A stretch of DNA of 64,000 nucleotides. It comes from an uncultured Gemmatimonadales bacterium (GTDB lineage: Bacteria; Gemmatimonadota; Gemmatimonadetes; Gemmatimonadales; GWC2-71-9). The notes beneath the pieces were generated by a model, which saw only the letters and a list, made by a program, of their open reading frames with translations, was not told the DNA's origin and did not search any database. Position 1 is the stretch's first letter. Each line of letters opens with the position of its first letter. The DNA lies in assembly GCA_963728915.1 (NCBI GenBank), contig CAVSLV010000001.1, forward strand, positions 832,001 to 896,000, given 5' to 3'. This document shows, in pieces, positions 19,809 through 33,147 of this stretch. The position numbers and the translations under genes were made by a program.

Positions 19809-20807
19809 GTGCGAACTCGGCCGACCATCCTCTTCTTCGGGCCGGTTGGGGCTCCGATTCCCGATCTGGTGCAGCAATGGGCCGAGCGGAAGGCGTTTCC
19901 GCTCGAGCTCCACGCTGACCCCGCCCAGATCGAGTCGATTGTCCTCCGGGGCCATCCGTGCCTGCTCTTCATCGACGCAGATCGGATGGGTCCGTCCGGC
20001 CTTCTTCTGGTCCGCCAGCTCAAGAGCGATCCCTTCACCGCAATCATCCCGGCATTGGTCCTTGCGGCGACCCACAACGCGGAGGACGTGCAGGAGTGGT
20101 TCTCCGCCGGGGCGGACGAGATCCTGACCGGCGTGTTTCCGAAGATGGAGCAGGAGGCCCGGCTCGACCTGCTCCTCATTCGTACCCAGCGGGACGTCTC
20201 GGTCCACCCCTCCACCCGAATGCCGGGAACCACCGAAATCGAGCGGGAAATCCGGCGTCGCCTGGAAGGACAGGAGGAGTTCGCGGTCTGTTACGCCGAC
20301 CTCGATCATTTCAAGGAGTACAACGACCGGTATAGCTACTACGATGGGGACCGGGTGATCTACCTGCTCTCCCGGATCCTGCATGACGTGGTGAAGGGGT
20401 TGTGCGGAACCCGCGGGTTCGTGGGCCACATCGGGGGCGACGATTTCATCTTCATCATTCCGGCGGCCGACATCAGCCTGGTCTGCGGCGAGTGCCTGTC
20501 GGTGTTCGATACCCTGATCCCGTTCCAGTACAACGACCAGGACCGGCGGGCCGGGTATTTCTTCGGGAAGGACCGGCGGGGCCAGCTCCACCGGGTTCCC
20601 CTGATGACGATCTCGGTCGGCATCGTCACCAACCGGCACCGCACGTTCGCCCACCCGGCGGAAGTCAGCGAGCTTGCGACTGAAATGAAGAGCTATGCGA
20701 AGACCCTGCCGGGCTCGGTCTACGTGGTCGACCGGCGCCAGAGCCGGAGCGGGGACGAGCGCACCGGCACCGCCGCGCAGCGCGAATCGGCAAGTGGGGT
20801 GAAATGA
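19809..20807 (+). CDS. Diguanylate cyclase with degenerate receiver domain
   Basis: YADLDHFKEYNDRYSYYDGD, GHIGGDDF and TISVG; N-terminal REC-like LLFID...QLKSDPFTAIIP...AGADE lacking the conserved Lys. Confidence 0.88.
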   Translation: MRTRPTILFFGPVGAPIPDLVQQWAERKAFPLELHADPAQIESIVLRGHPCLLFIDADRMGPSGLLLVRQLKSDPFTAIIPALVLAATHNAEDVQEWFSAGADEILTGVFPKMEQEARLDLLLIRTQRDVSVHPSTRMPGTTEIEREIRRRLEGQEEFAVCYADLDHFKEYNDRYSYYDGDRVIYLLSRILHDVVKGLCGTRGFVGHIGGDDFIFIIPAADISLVCGECLSVFDTLIPFQYNDQDRRAGYFFGKDRRGQLHRVPLMTISVGIVTNRHRTFAHPAEVSELATEMKSYAKTLPGSVYVVDRRQSRSGDERTGTAAQRESASGVK

Positions 20808-21396
20808 ACGTCAGCTGCCCCGAATGCAAAACCGTCTTCCGGGTCGACCCGGAAAAGGTGCCGGTGAACGGAGTCCGTGCCCGGTGCTCGGTTTGCTCGG
20901 CCGTGTTCCGGGTGGAACGGGAGCGCAGTCAGGCGAAACCGGCGGGATCCCCGTCACCGATCACGGCGGCTCCGCCGCCTCCGGCAGCCCCGCCGGCCCC
21001 GGAACCGGTCGCGGCGCCACCCCGTGCCACGCCACGGCCCGAACCGGTGATGGGGAGCGCGCGAACCATTTCACCATTCGGTCAACCGGTGGCCTCCCCG
21101 CCGGCCATCACCACCTCGTCGCCCACCCGGCCGGTGAATCCCTTCCTGGCCCAGGATCCCATGGCCAAGGCTCGACGACTGGCCCGCGCCCTGGTCAGCG
21201 ATATCGTGGTCTACAACCCGGCCAAGCGCCGCGACGGGCTTCGCGACGGATCGCTCAAGGCGCTGTTCGACGAAGAAATCCGGAAGAGCTGGGAGGAGTA
21301 CGTCGATCAGGTCGGCCGGGAAGTCGCCGATTCGACCAGTTTCTTCACCGATGCGCTGAACGAGATCCTGGCCGACGGCCAGCGAGTGTTTTCCTG

Positions 21397-21397
<1 letters not shown>
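20804..21397 (+). CDS. Zinc-ribbon (MJ0042-type) protein with Pro-rich linker and RomX-like C-terminal domain
   Basis: CPECKTVFRVDPEKVP..GVRARCSVCSAVF; Pro/Ala linker; KARRLARALVSDIVVYN...FFTDALNEIL. Confidence 0.8.
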
Positions 21398-24027
<2,630 letters not shown>

Positions 24028-24030
24028 CTG

Positions 24031-24058
24031 CTCTCACCTCGCCCCTCGCCCCTCGCGC
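24031..24058 (+). repeat. Short 7-bp pyrimidine-rich tandem repeat (CCTCGCC-like) between lysS and lolC/E
   Basis: CTCTCACCTCGCCCCTCGCCCCTCGCGC read directly. Confidence 0.5.
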
Positions 24059-24066
24059 CCGCGCTG

Positions 24067-25329
24067 ATGCTCCCCACCCGTCTCGAGCGTTCCATCGCGA
24101 TTCGATACCTCAAAGGCCGGAGGAAATCCCGATTCGCCTCCCTGACCACGATGATCGCGGTGGGGGGAGTGGCCATCGGGGTGACCGCCCTGATCGTGGT
24201 GCTGGGGGTGATGAACGGACTTCGGGACGATCTGCGGGACCGGATCCTCGTGGCGAACCCGCATCTCCGGATCCTCACCTATGGCGCCTCGCTCCGGATG
24301 GAGAACTGGCGGGAAGCCCTGGCCACGGTCCGGGCCGACCCCCGGGTCGTCGCGGCCGCGCCGGAGGTCATCACCAAGTCGCTGATCCTGAATCAGGCGG
24401 ATTACCCCGCGGCGGTTGACGTGGTGGGATATGCGCCCGGGGAGGGAAGCGAAGCCGTCACCAGCGTCGCCAAATACATCACCCGGGGCGATCTCCGCTT
24501 TCGGGCCGGGGTCGATTCGGTGCAGGGCGGCATCGCGCTCGGCTATCGGCTGGCAGCCCGCCTCTCGGTGGCGGTCGGCGATGTCGTCAATCTGGTCCCC
24601 CCTACCGCGGCCAAGGCGCCGGTCAACCGGGTGCTCGGCCGACCGGTTCCCCAGTTCTGGACCTTTCAGGTCACCGGAATCTTCGAGACCGGGATGTACC
24701 AGTATGACGATCAGTTCGCCCTGATGGACATTGCCACCGCCCAGCGTTTCGCGGGGCTGGGCGATGCGGTGACGGGGATTCAGATCCGGCTGGCCGATCC
24801 GTGGCGGGCCCCGGAGGTGGGGGACAGCTTGATCCGCCAGCTTGGATACCCCTTTCGTTCCCTCGACTGGCAGAGCCAGAATCAGAGTCTCTTCAGCGCC
24901 CTTCAGCTCGAGAAGCGGGCGATGGGCCTGATCATCTGCTTCATCATGGTGGTCGCGGCGTTCAACATCATCGGCACGCTCACAATGATGGTCGCTGAAA
25001 AGACCAAGGAAATCGGCATCCTTCAGGCCATGGGGCTTTCCCCCCGCGGCATCGGCCGGATCTTTCTGGCCCAGGGCGCCATCATTGGCGCGTTGGGCAC
25101 CTTCGCCGGCTTCCTGGGAGGATTGCTGCTGTCCTGGGTCATCGATCGCACCGGAATCATTCGCATCGATCCCACCGTCTACTTCATCGATCAGCTCCCG
25201 GTGCACCTCGAGGTACTGGATATCGTGGCGGTGATGGCCTTCAGCTTCGCGGTGGCCCTGGTTGCCACCATCCATCCCTCCCGGTCCGCGTCACGGCTCA
25301 CTCCCGTGGAAGCGATCCGGCACGAATGA
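24067..25329 (+). CDS. lolE: Lipoprotein-releasing ABC transporter permease (LolC/E family)
   Basis: [37 protein letters not shown] and YFIDQLP; adjacent to lolD. Confidence 0.88.
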   Translation: MLPTRLERSIAIRYLKGRRKSRFASLTTMIAVGGVAIGVTALIVVLGVMNGLRDDLRDRILVANPHLRILTYGASLRMENWREALATVRADPRVVAAAPEVITKSLILNQADYPAAVDVVGYAPGEGSEAVTSVAKYITRGDLRFRAGVDSVQGGIALGYRLAARLSVAVGDVVNLVPPTAAKAPVNRVLGRPVPQFWTFQVTGIFETGMYQYDDQFALMDIATAQRFAGLGDAVTGIQIRLADPWRAPEVGDSLIRQLGYPFRSLDWQSQNQSLFSALQLEKRAMGLIICFIMVVAAFNIIGTLTMMVAEKTKEIGILQAMGLSPRGIGRIFLAQGAIIGALGTFAGFLGGLLLSWVIDRTGIIRIDPTVYFIDQLPVHLEVLDIVAVMAFSFAVALVATIHPSRSASRLTPVEAIRHE

Positions 25330-26018
25330 ACCGGCCGGTGCTGCAGGCTTGCGGCCTCCAGAAGACCTATCTCGGCGGCGACGGTGGGGTCATCGAGGTA
25401 CTGCGGGGTCTTGATTTGGCGGTCGAGACCGGCGAGTTCGTCGCGGTCACCGGCGAGAGCGGCTCGGGGAAGAGCACCCTCCTGCATCTGCTTGGGGGAT
25501 TGGACCGGCCCAGCAGGGGCACGGTGCGGCTCGATGGAGTAGACTACGATCAGCTGGACGCGGCCGCCCTGGCGCGCCTCCGCAACGCGAAGATGGGGTT
25601 CGTGTTTCAATTTCACCATCTGTTGCGCGATTTCAGTGCGCTGGAGAATGTCGCGATGCCGCTTTTGATCGCGGGAGAAGCGCCCAGCGCGGCCCACGCC
25701 AGGGCGCAGGAGTTGCTGCAAGCGGTGGGACTGGGAGGCCGGCTCAGTCACCTGCCGGCCCAGTTGTCCGGCGGCGAGCAGCAGCGCACCGCGGTGGCCC
25801 GGGCGCTCGTCACCAATCCGGTGGTCGTGCTCGCCGACGAGCCTTCCGGCAATCTCGATGAGGGAAACGCGGCCCACCTCCACGGGCTGTTCGCGGGCCT
25901 GGCGCGGGAATTCCAGACTGCGGTGGTGGTGGTGACGCACAATCGCGCGCTGGCCGGATTGGCGGACCGCGTGCTCAGTTTGAGCGAAGGAGTCCTGGCG
26001 GAGATGGTGCCCCGATGA
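25326..26018 (+). CDS. lolD: Lipoprotein-releasing ABC transporter ATP-binding protein
   Basis: GESGSGKST, GFVFQFHHLL, LSGGEQQR and LADEPSGNLD. Confidence 0.9.
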   Translation: MNRPVLQACGLQKTYLGGDGGVIEVLRGLDLAVETGEFVAVTGESGSGKSTLLHLLGGLDRPSRGTVRLDGVDYDQLDAAALARLRNAKMGFVFQFHHLLRDFSALENVAMPLLIAGEAPSAAHARAQELLQAVGLGGRLSHLPAQLSGGEQQRTAVARALVTNPVVVLADEPSGNLDEGNAAHLHGLFAGLAREFQTAVVVVTHNRALAGLADRVLSLSEGVLAEMVPR

Positions 26019-26521
26019 AATGCAGCAACTGTGGCGAGCGGGAAGGGGTGGTCAACCTGACCCAGATCGAGGACGGTGAAGTCCGAACCGGGAGCCTCTG
26101 CGCCGAGTGCGCCAAGGCCAAAGGGATCGAAACCGGGCTCGAGCTGGCCGCCACTCCGCTGGGTGGGTTTCTCTCCACGCTGGGCGAAGGGATCGACGCG
26201 GGTGGGTCACCCGACCTCCTCACCGACGCGCGTTGTGGAAGCTGCGGGGCGACCCTGAAGGATTTCCGGGAAACCGGCCGGCTGGGTTGTTCCGAGTGCT
26301 ACCAGACGTTCTACGCCCCTCTCCGGGACCTGCTGCGACGAATTCACGGGTCGACGCATCACACCGGCGTGCGGCACGACGGTGAGCTTCCCCCGGAGCC
26401 GCCCCGATCCCCGAAGGACACGAGCCTGGCCCATCTCCGGGAAGAGCTCCGCCGCGCCATTGAAGCCGAACAATTCGAGCGCGCCGCCGAGCTGCGCGAC
26501 CGGCTGCGAGAGCAGGAATGA
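26015..26521 (+). CDS. mcsA: McsA, activator of protein-arginine kinase (UVR domain)
   Basis: Four CxxC pairs, GRLGCSECY, and C-terminal UVR motif AIEAEQFERAAELRD. Confidence 0.9.
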   Translation: MKCSNCGEREGVVNLTQIEDGEVRTGSLCAECAKAKGIETGLELAATPLGGFLSTLGEGIDAGGSPDLLTDARCGSCGATLKDFRETGRLGCSECYQTFYAPLRDLLRRIHGSTHHTGVRHDGELPPEPPRSPKDTSLAHLREELRRAIEAEQFERAAELRDRLREQE

Positions 26522-27639
26522 TCGACCTCTCCCTGGTCCCCGACGACGGCATGGCCTGGCTCGAAGCCAGCGGCCCCTCCAGCCACCTGGTGATCTCGAC
26601 CCGCATCCGGCTCGCGCGGAACCTCCGCCACCACCGCTTCGCGACCCGGAACGACCCCGCCGAGCGCGGGGAAATTCTGGGCGAGGTGGAGCGGGCCGCG
26701 GCGACGACCCGCGGCTTCGGGCACGCGGCCCGGTTCCAGCTCGACACCATGGAGCGGGGCGATCGCGAGCTGCTCCATGAGCGGCACCTGGTGAGCCGTG
26801 AACTCGCGGCGGCGGAGCCGGGAGGCCGGCCTCGCCAGGGCGGCGCCCTCCTGGTTCAGGATGATGCGAGCGTCATGGTGAACGAAGAAGATCACCTCCG
26901 GCTCCAGGCCCTGCGCTCGGGGTTTGCGCTGGAGAGCACCTGGGAGCGCGTGGCGGGCCTGGATCGTGAATTGGGCAGCCAACTTCCCTATGCGTTTCAC
27001 CCGGAGTTCGGTTACCTTACCAGTTGTCCGACCAATGTCGGAACCGGGCTCCGAGCCTCGGTGCTGGTCCACCTTCCCGGGCTCGTCCTCACCAAGGAGA
27101 TCACCAGGATTCTGCAAGGTCTCACGCAAGTGGGCCTCACCTTTCGGGGACTGTACGGGGAGGGCAGCGAGGTGGTCGGCAATCTGTTCCAGTTGTCGAA
27201 CCAGACCACGCTGGGCAAATCGGAGCGGGAGCTGCTGGACCAGCTCGGCAAGCTGGTGCGGCGGGTTATGGAGCACGAGGAGCGGGCGCGCCAGGTGCTG
27301 CTGCGCGACGCCACCTCGATCCTGGAGGACAAGGTCTGGCGGGCCTACGGTCTGTTGCGCTACGCCCGGACCCTGTCCTTCGACGAGACGATGAATCTCC
27401 TGAGCGGGGTTCGGCTCGGCGTCGGACTCAAGCTGATTCCGGACGTCGGGCTGTACACGCTGAACCGTCTGCTCATCTTCACCCAGCCCGCCCACCTTGC
27501 CGCCCTGCAGGGCCGGGTGCTTTCCGAGAGCGAGGTCCCGGTTCAACGCGCCGCCTATGTCCGGCGTCTACTGGATGAGGAGCTTCGTCGCGGCCGGCCC
27601 TCCGCCGGCAACGACGAGACCGACGAGGGAGCACGATGA
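26518..27639 (+). CDS. mcsB: Protein-arginine kinase McsB
   Basis: ISTRIRLARN, VNEEDHLR, GYLTSCPTNVGTGLRAS and RGLYGEGS. Confidence 0.94.
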   Translation: MIDLSLVPDDGMAWLEASGPSSHLVISTRIRLARNLRHHRFATRNDPAERGEILGEVERAAATTRGFGHAARFQLDTMERGDRELLHERHLVSRELAAAEPGGRPRQGGALLVQDDASVMVNEEDHLRLQALRSGFALESTWERVAGLDRELGSQLPYAFHPEFGYLTSCPTNVGTGLRASVLVHLPGLVLTKEITRILQGLTQVGLTFRGLYGEGSEVVGNLFQLSNQTTLGKSERELLDQLGKLVRRVMEHEERARQVLLRDATSILEDKVWRAYGLLRYARTLSFDETMNLLSGVRLGVGLKLIPDVGLYTLNRLLIFTQPAHLAALQGRVLSESEVPVQRAAYVRRLLDEELRRGRPSAGNDETDEGAR

Positions 27640-30110
27640 ACGGCTACAACTTCACCGACCGGGTTCGTAAGGTCCTCCAGATGGCGCGCGAGGAGGCCGC
27701 CCGGCTCCATCACGAATACGTGGGGACCGAGCACATCCTCCTCGGCCTGATCCGCGAAGGCGAAGGGGTCGCCGCGGCGGTGCTCACCAATCTGAACGTC
27801 GATCTCGACGACATTCAGCAGAAGATCGAAGAGACCGTCAAGAAGGGGAAGGCCGCCGCCCAGCCGGGGCCCGATCTCCCCTATACCTCCCGGGCCAAGA
27901 AGGTGCTGGAGCTCGCCATGACCGAGGCCCGCGAGCTCAATCATTCCTACGTCGGCACCGAGCATCTGCTCCTGGGCCTGCTGCGGGAAGAGAAGGGCAT
28001 TGCGGCCCAGGTGCTGACCGACGCCGGGGTCACCCTGGAGCAGTCCCGGGCCGAGACCCTGCGGCTCCTGGGCAGCGACCTGCCTCAGCAGGCCGCCAGC
28101 GCCGCGACGCCGGCCCCGCCCGCCTCGGCCCCCAAGTCGGAAAAGAAATCCAAGACGCCCGCGCTGGATCACTTCTGCCGGGATCTGACCCAGCTCGCCG
28201 CCGAGGGCCAGCTCGACCCCACGATCGGACGGACCAAGGAGATCCAGCGGGTTATGGAGATCCTGGCCCGGCGCAAGAAGAACAACCCGGTGCTGATCGG
28301 CGAGCCGGGCGTCGGCAAGACCGCGATCGTCGAAGGCCTCGCCCTGCTGATCGCCAGCGGCCAGTGCCCCGACGTGCTGCGGGATCACCGGGTCCTGTCG
28401 CTCGACATGGCGGCGGTGATCGCGGGCACCAAGTATCGGGGCCAGTTCGAGGAGCGGCTCAAGGCGGTGATGAACGAAATTGCCCAGAACAAGAACGTGG
28501 TGCTCTTCATCGACGAGCTCCACACCCTGGTCGGCGCCGGCGCCGCGGAGGGGGCGATCGACGCCTCCAACATGCTGAAGCCCGCGCTCGCCCGCGGTGA
28601 GCTCCAGTGCGTCGGCGCGTCCACCTTGAACGAGTACCGCAAGTACATCGAGAAGGACGGCGCCCTGGAGCGCCGGTTCCAGGCGGTAATCGTGGATCCG
28701 CCCTCGGTGGACGAGACCATCGAGATCCTCAAGGGGCTCCGCAAGAAATACGAGGAGCATCATCGGATCTCGATTCCCGATCCGTCGATTCGGGCCGCCG
28801 CCGAGCTGTCCGACCGCTACATCACCGACCGGTTCCTACCCGACAAGGCGATCGACGTGATCGACGAAGCAGGGGCCCGGGCCCGGCTCGCCTCCCAGGC
28901 GCCTCCGGCGGAGATCGCCGCCCTCAAGGCCGACCTCGAGAAGGTGACCCAGGACAAGGAAGCCGCGGTCCGCGACCAGAACTTCGAGCGCGCTGCCGCG
29001 CTGCGGGACAACGAGCGCGACCTCCAGAACCGGATCCGCCTGAGCCAGGAGGAATGGGAACGGGAGCGCCAGACCCGCCGCCCGGTGATCGACGAGGAAG
29101 CCGTCGCCTTCATCGTGTCCCGGTGGACCGGCATTCCGCTCACCCGGCTCCAGGAAGCGGAAACCGCCCGCCTCATCCGCATGGAAGAGGAGATCCACCA
29201 GTCGGTGATCGGCCAGGACGAGGCGATCGCCACGGTGGCCCGCGCCATCCGGCGGAGCCGGGCCGGCCTCAAGGACCCCAATCGCCCGATCGGCTCGTTC
29301 ATCTTCAGCGGACCCACCGGGGTCGGGAAGACCGAGCTGGCACGGGCGCTGGCCAAATTCCTCTTTGCCGACCCCCAGGCGCTGATCCGGGTCGACATGT
29401 CCGAGTACATGGAGAAATTCTCGGTCTCGCGCCTGATCGGGGCGCCCCCGGGCTATGTGGGCTACGAGGACAGTGGGACGCTCACCAAGGCGGTGCGCCG
29501 CAAGCCCTACTCGGTGGTGCTGCTCGATGAGATCGAGAAGGCCCATCCCGACGTGTTCAATATCCTGCTCCAGGTCCTCGACGAGGGGCACCTCACCGAC
29601 AACTACGGCCGGGTCATCGACTTCAAGAACACCGTGGTGATCATGACCTCGAACGTCGGCGCCCGCGACATCACCCAGTCCAAATCGCTCGGGTTCCACA
29701 CCGGTGACCGGAGCCAGTCGTTCGACCGGATCGCCGAGACGGTCAAGGAAGAGATCGGGAAGGTCTTCAATCCCGAATTCCTGAACCGTCTGGACGACAT
29801 CATCGTCTTCCATCCGCTGGACAAGGGACACATCGGCCAGATCGTCGGGGTGTTGCTCAAGGAGGTGCAGCGCCGCATCGGCGACGAGGTGAAGCTCACC
29901 CCTGCCGCGACCGACTTCCTGGTCAAACACGGGTACGATCAGACCTATGGGGCCCGGCCCCTCAAGCGGGCAATCCAGAAGTACATCGAGGACCCGTTGA
30001 GCGAGAAGATCCTGGTGGGCGAGTTCACCCGGGGCGAGGAGATCGAGGTCGATGTCTCTCCCGAAGGGGACAAGCTGACCTTCCGGGCGTTGAGCGGTAC
30101 CCGGGCCTGA
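27636..30110 (+). CDS. clpC: ATP-dependent Clp protease ATP-binding subunit ClpC
   Basis: Double Clp-N repeats (YVGTEH), GEPGVGKT and GPTGVGKT Walker A motifs, UVR middle domain, and LGF ClpP-docking loop. Confidence 0.95.
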   Translation: MNGYNFTDRVRKVLQMAREEAARLHHEYVGTEHILLGLIREGEGVAAAVLTNLNVDLDDIQQKIEETVKKGKAAAQPGPDLPYTSRAKKVLELAMTEARELNHSYVGTEHLLLGLLREEKGIAAQVLTDAGVTLEQSRAETLRLLGSDLPQQAASAATPAPPASAPKSEKKSKTPALDHFCRDLTQLAAEGQLDPTIGRTKEIQRVMEILARRKKNNPVLIGEPGVGKTAIVEGLALLIASGQCPDVLRDHRVLSLDMAAVIAGTKYRGQFEERLKAVMNEIAQNKNVVLFIDELHTLVGAGAAEGAIDASNMLKPALARGELQCVGASTLNEYRKYIEKDGALERRFQAVIVDPPSVDETIEILKGLRKKYEEHHRISIPDPSIRAAAELSDRYITDRFLPDKAIDVIDEAGARARLASQAPPAEIAALKADLEKVTQDKEAAVRDQNFERAAALRDNERDLQNRIRLSQEEWERERQTRRPVIDEEAVAFIVSRWTGIPLTRLQEAETARLIRMEEEIHQSVIGQDEAIATVARAIRRSRAGLKDPNRPIGSFIFSGPTGVGKTELARALAKFLFADPQALIRVDMSEYMEKFSVSRLIGAPPGYVGYEDSGTLTKAVRRKPYSVVLLDEIEKAHPDVFNILLQVLDEGHLTDNYGRVIDFKNTVVIMTSNVGARDITQSKSLGFHTGDRSQSFDRIAETVKEEIGKVFNPEFLNRLDDIIVFHPLDKGHIGQIVGVLLKEVQRRIGDEVKLTPAATDFLVKHGYDQTYGARPLKRAIQKYIEDPLSEKILVGEFTRGEEIEVDVSPEGDKLTFRALSGTRA

Positions 30111-30144
30111 TCCGAACCTCTCCCTGCCTTCCGACTTCCGCCCG

Positions 30145-32556
30145 ATGTTGAACCTCTGGTCGTGGGGCCGCCGGATGCAACCCGCGGCGCTGGCGCTGGG
30201 CGGCCTGCTGATCGGGCGGCTTCCCGCGGCGGCGCAGCAAGGCGCGCCTCCGCCTCCGCCGAGCATCGACAGTCTCGCGGTGGAAGGCGCGGTCAGGAAC
30301 TCAGCCCAGCAGATCATCTCGGTCTCCGGCCTCCAGCGGAACCAGCCGGCCACCTACCGTTCGGTCCAGCGCGCCATCCAGAACCTGTTCGCCTCCGGCC
30401 AGTTCGACGATGTCCGGATCGACCAGCGACAGGCCAACGGCAAGTTCGTCCTCACCGTCGTCGTCAAGGAGCGTCCGCTCCTGCAGAAGTGGACCCTGAA
30501 AGGCGTCGAGGCCGTGGACGAGGGGACGGTGCGCCGGCGCATCTCGGTTCCCGAGGGCAGGCCGCTCGACCGGAACGCGATCCAGCGTTCGGTGCACGCG
30601 GTCGATTCGCTGTATCGCAAACGGGGCTACTACGCCTCCAAGGTCCAGGTGACCGAGCTTCCCCAGTCGGGGAATCAGGTACGGCTGATCTTCGACGTGA
30701 ACCCGGGACCCCGGGTCGTCGTCAGCCAGATCGACTTCGAAGGCAACACCGCGCTCTCCGATCAGGAGATCGTGAAAGGCATGGCCACCAAGCCGGAGGG
30801 GTTCTGGTGGTTCCGCAAGGGGGAATACCTCGAGGACCGGCTGGAAGACGATCTCCGCAGCACCATCCCGGCCTGGTACGCCGATCGGGGGTACCTCGAC
30901 TTCCGCATTCTCCGCGACACCCTGATCGCCGACAGCATTCCGGGCAAGGGCATCATTCGTATCGCGGTGGATGAAGGCGTGCAATACAAAGTGGGTCGCT
31001 TCGAAATCACCGGAAACCGGCGATTCTCCAACGAAGAGCTGAGCGGCTATCTCACCTTCGGGACCGGCGTAGTGGCCGGATCGGGCCAGGATATCGGGGT
31101 GCCGTTCGACCGGGGCGCCTGGTCGGCCGCGACCGAAAAGGTGAGCAACCTCTACGGGAACTACGGCTACATCCTCGCCAACGTGGTGCCGGAAGAAACC
31201 CGCCGGGTTGGTCCGGATAGCACTGCCTACGTGGACCTCCGGTGGAACATCCGGGAGGGCCAGCCGGCCACGGTCAACAAGATCATCATCCTGGGGAATG
31301 ACGTCACCCATGAGCGGGTCATTCGCGAGGCCATCGTGATGCTGCCCGGGCAGACCTTCAATCGCGAGGCGATGATCCGTTCGTATCAGAACATCTCGAA
31401 CCTGAATTTTTTCCAGCAACCGCTCCCGCCGCCGGACATGCGGGCCGCGGAAAATGGCGTGGACGTGGATGTCGTGTTTCGAGTGGTCGAGAAGCGGACC
31501 GGCAACATCAACTTCGGCGCTTCGGTCGGGCAGGGCGTCGGAGTCGGCGGCTTTATCGGCCTGGAGGAGCCCAACCTCTTCGGACGGGCCAAGCAGGGCC
31601 GGCTCCAGTGGCAGTTCGGGCGGAACATCAACGACTTCAATCTGAGCTACACCGACCCGGCCATCCTCGAAAGCACCGTCTCGGGAACCATGACCGTCTT
31701 CAATTCCCGGCGGCGCTATACCATCGGCGACCTCGGCCGCCAGCGGAGCCGCGGGTTCCAGTCGCAGATCGGGTTCCGCCTCTTCGGGTCGCGCTACACG
31801 CGAGCGTATCTCACCGGCGGGGTCCAGCAGATCACCTACAGCGATGCCCAACCCGACCTGGCGGCCCAGTTCGTCTGTGACAACTGCACCCGGGCCTCGA
31901 TGGGGGTGAGCCTGGCCCGGGATACCCGGATTGGGCTGCCCTTCGCGGTGGCCGGCTCGTCGATGAACCTGAGTGTGGAACAGAACGGTGGGCCGCTCGG
32001 GGGGACCGGGAATTATCAGAAAATCGACCTGGAGGGTCGCTGGTACGCCCCGTTGGGCCGTGCTGGCGGAAGCGATCAGTTCGGCGGCGGGGTTCAGTTC
32101 ACCCTCGGATTCACCGCCCGATCGGGCTTCGCCATCGGCAATACCGGGCCGTTCTATACCGAGCTGTACTCGATGGGCGGCGTGCAGTACGGCATTCCGC
32201 TTCGGGGGTATGACGAGTTCTCGATCACGCCGACCGGGTATGATCCTCAGAGCAACAGCACCCAGGCCTCGGTCAACTCGTTCGGGAAGGCTTATGCCGC
32301 TTTCACCCTGGAAGCAGGCGCCCGGGTGAGCCAGAGCATCTACCTCAATATTTTCACCGATGCGGGGAACGTCTATGCCAGGGCCCGGGAGTACAATCCA
32401 ACCCGGCTGTTCCGCAGCGTCGGGGTTGGGGCCGCGGTGATTTCGCCCCTGGGGCCGATCGGGATCGATCTCGGCTACGGGCTGGACCGCACCGATGCCT
32501 TTGGACAACGCAAACCCGGCTGGCAGCTCCACTTCCGCCTCGGGAACATCTACTGA
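30145..32556 (+). CDS. bamA: Outer membrane protein assembly factor BamA
   Basis: POTRA-like repeats, LRGYD motif, SPLGPIGIDLGYG, and C-terminal beta-signal FRLGNIY. Alternative start 30175. Confidence 0.93.
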   Translation: MLNLWSWGRRMQPAALALGGLLIGRLPAAAQQGAPPPPPSIDSLAVEGAVRNSAQQIISVSGLQRNQPATYRSVQRAIQNLFASGQFDDVRIDQRQANGKFVLTVVVKERPLLQKWTLKGVEAVDEGTVRRRISVPEGRPLDRNAIQRSVHAVDSLYRKRGYYASKVQVTELPQSGNQVRLIFDVNPGPRVVVSQIDFEGNTALSDQEIVKGMATKPEGFWWFRKGEYLEDRLEDDLRSTIPAWYADRGYLDFRILRDTLIADSIPGKGIIRIAVDEGVQYKVGRFEITGNRRFSNEELSGYLTFGTGVVAGSGQDIGVPFDRGAWSAATEKVSNLYGNYGYILANVVPEETRRVGPDSTAYVDLRWNIREGQPATVNKIIILGNDVTHERVIREAIVMLPGQTFNREAMIRSYQNISNLNFFQQPLPPPDMRAAENGVDVDVVFRVVEKRTGNINFGASVGQGVGVGGFIGLEEPNLFGRAKQGRLQWQFGRNINDFNLSYTDPAILESTVSGTMTVFNSRRRYTIGDLGRQRSRGFQSQIGFRLFGSRYTRAYLTGGVQQITYSDAQPDLAAQFVCDNCTRASMGVSLARDTRIGLPFAVAGSSMNLSVEQNGGPLGGTGNYQKIDLEGRWYAPLGRAGGSDQFGGGVQFTLGFTARSGFAIGNTGPFYTELYSMGGVQYGIPLRGYDEFSITPTGYDPQSNSTQASVNSFGKAYAAFTLEAGARVSQSIYLNIFTDAGNVYARAREYNPTRLFRSVGVGAAVISPLGPIGIDLGYGLDRTDAFGQRKPGWQLHFRLGNIY

Positions 32557-33146
32557 TGGGGAACGACACGATGGGGAATACTCTACGGGAGGTCACCCGC
32601 ATGTTCGCAGCTCGCAGGCTCTGGGGAGGCGTGGCGCTCCTCCTGATCGGGGGCACTGCGTCGGCCCAGGGCAACGAAGGCTCGTCGGCGTCGGCCCGGA
32701 TCGGCTTCATTCACGCCACCAATGTCCTGCGGTCCATGCCCGGCTACACCCGGGCCGAGAGCACCTGGACCAAGGAAGCCGACGCGGTCCAGAAGCAGAT
32801 GCAGCGGATGCAGGCCGCCTGGGATTCCACCGTCGCGGCGTATCGGCAGTCATCGGCGATGCTGGCGCCGTCGGCACGAAGCACCCGGGAGAAACAGCTT
32901 CAGGTCCAGGGCGATAGCCTGGACAAGCAGTTCCAGGCGCTCCGGGACCGGATCGATGCCCGGGAGCGCGAGCTGCTCACCCCGATGCAGACCAAGCTCC
33001 AGGGGGTGATCGACGGGGTGCGCTCGGAGCTGGGTCTGGTGATGGTGATCGATCTCGACAACCCCTCCTCCGCGAACGTGATCTCCTACGACAAATCGCT
33101 CGACATTTCGGATCGCGTGGCCAAACGCGCCCTCCAGTCCAACTAG
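32556..33146 (+). CDS. skp: OmpH/Skp periplasmic chaperone
   Basis: Signal peptide, RIGFI, long coiled coil and DISDRV; located between bamA and lpxD. Exact start uncertain. Confidence 0.85.
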   Translation: MGNDTMGNTLREVTRMFAARRLWGGVALLLIGGTASAQGNEGSSASARIGFIHATNVLRSMPGYTRAESTWTKEADAVQKQMQRMQAAWDSTVAAYRQSSAMLAPSARSTREKQLQVQGDSLDKQFQALRDRIDARERELLTPMQTKLQGVIDGVRSELGLVMVIDLDNPSSANVISYDKSLDISDRVAKRALQSN

Positions 33147-33147
33147 C

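Noticed and set aside
28836..32532. Long antisense ORFs (28836..30353, 30301..32532; also 628..2286, 22396..23970, 38798..40819, 46941..48245)
   Set aside because: Shadow frames opposite well-supported genes, expected in high-GC DNA with strong codon bias; no recognisable motifs.
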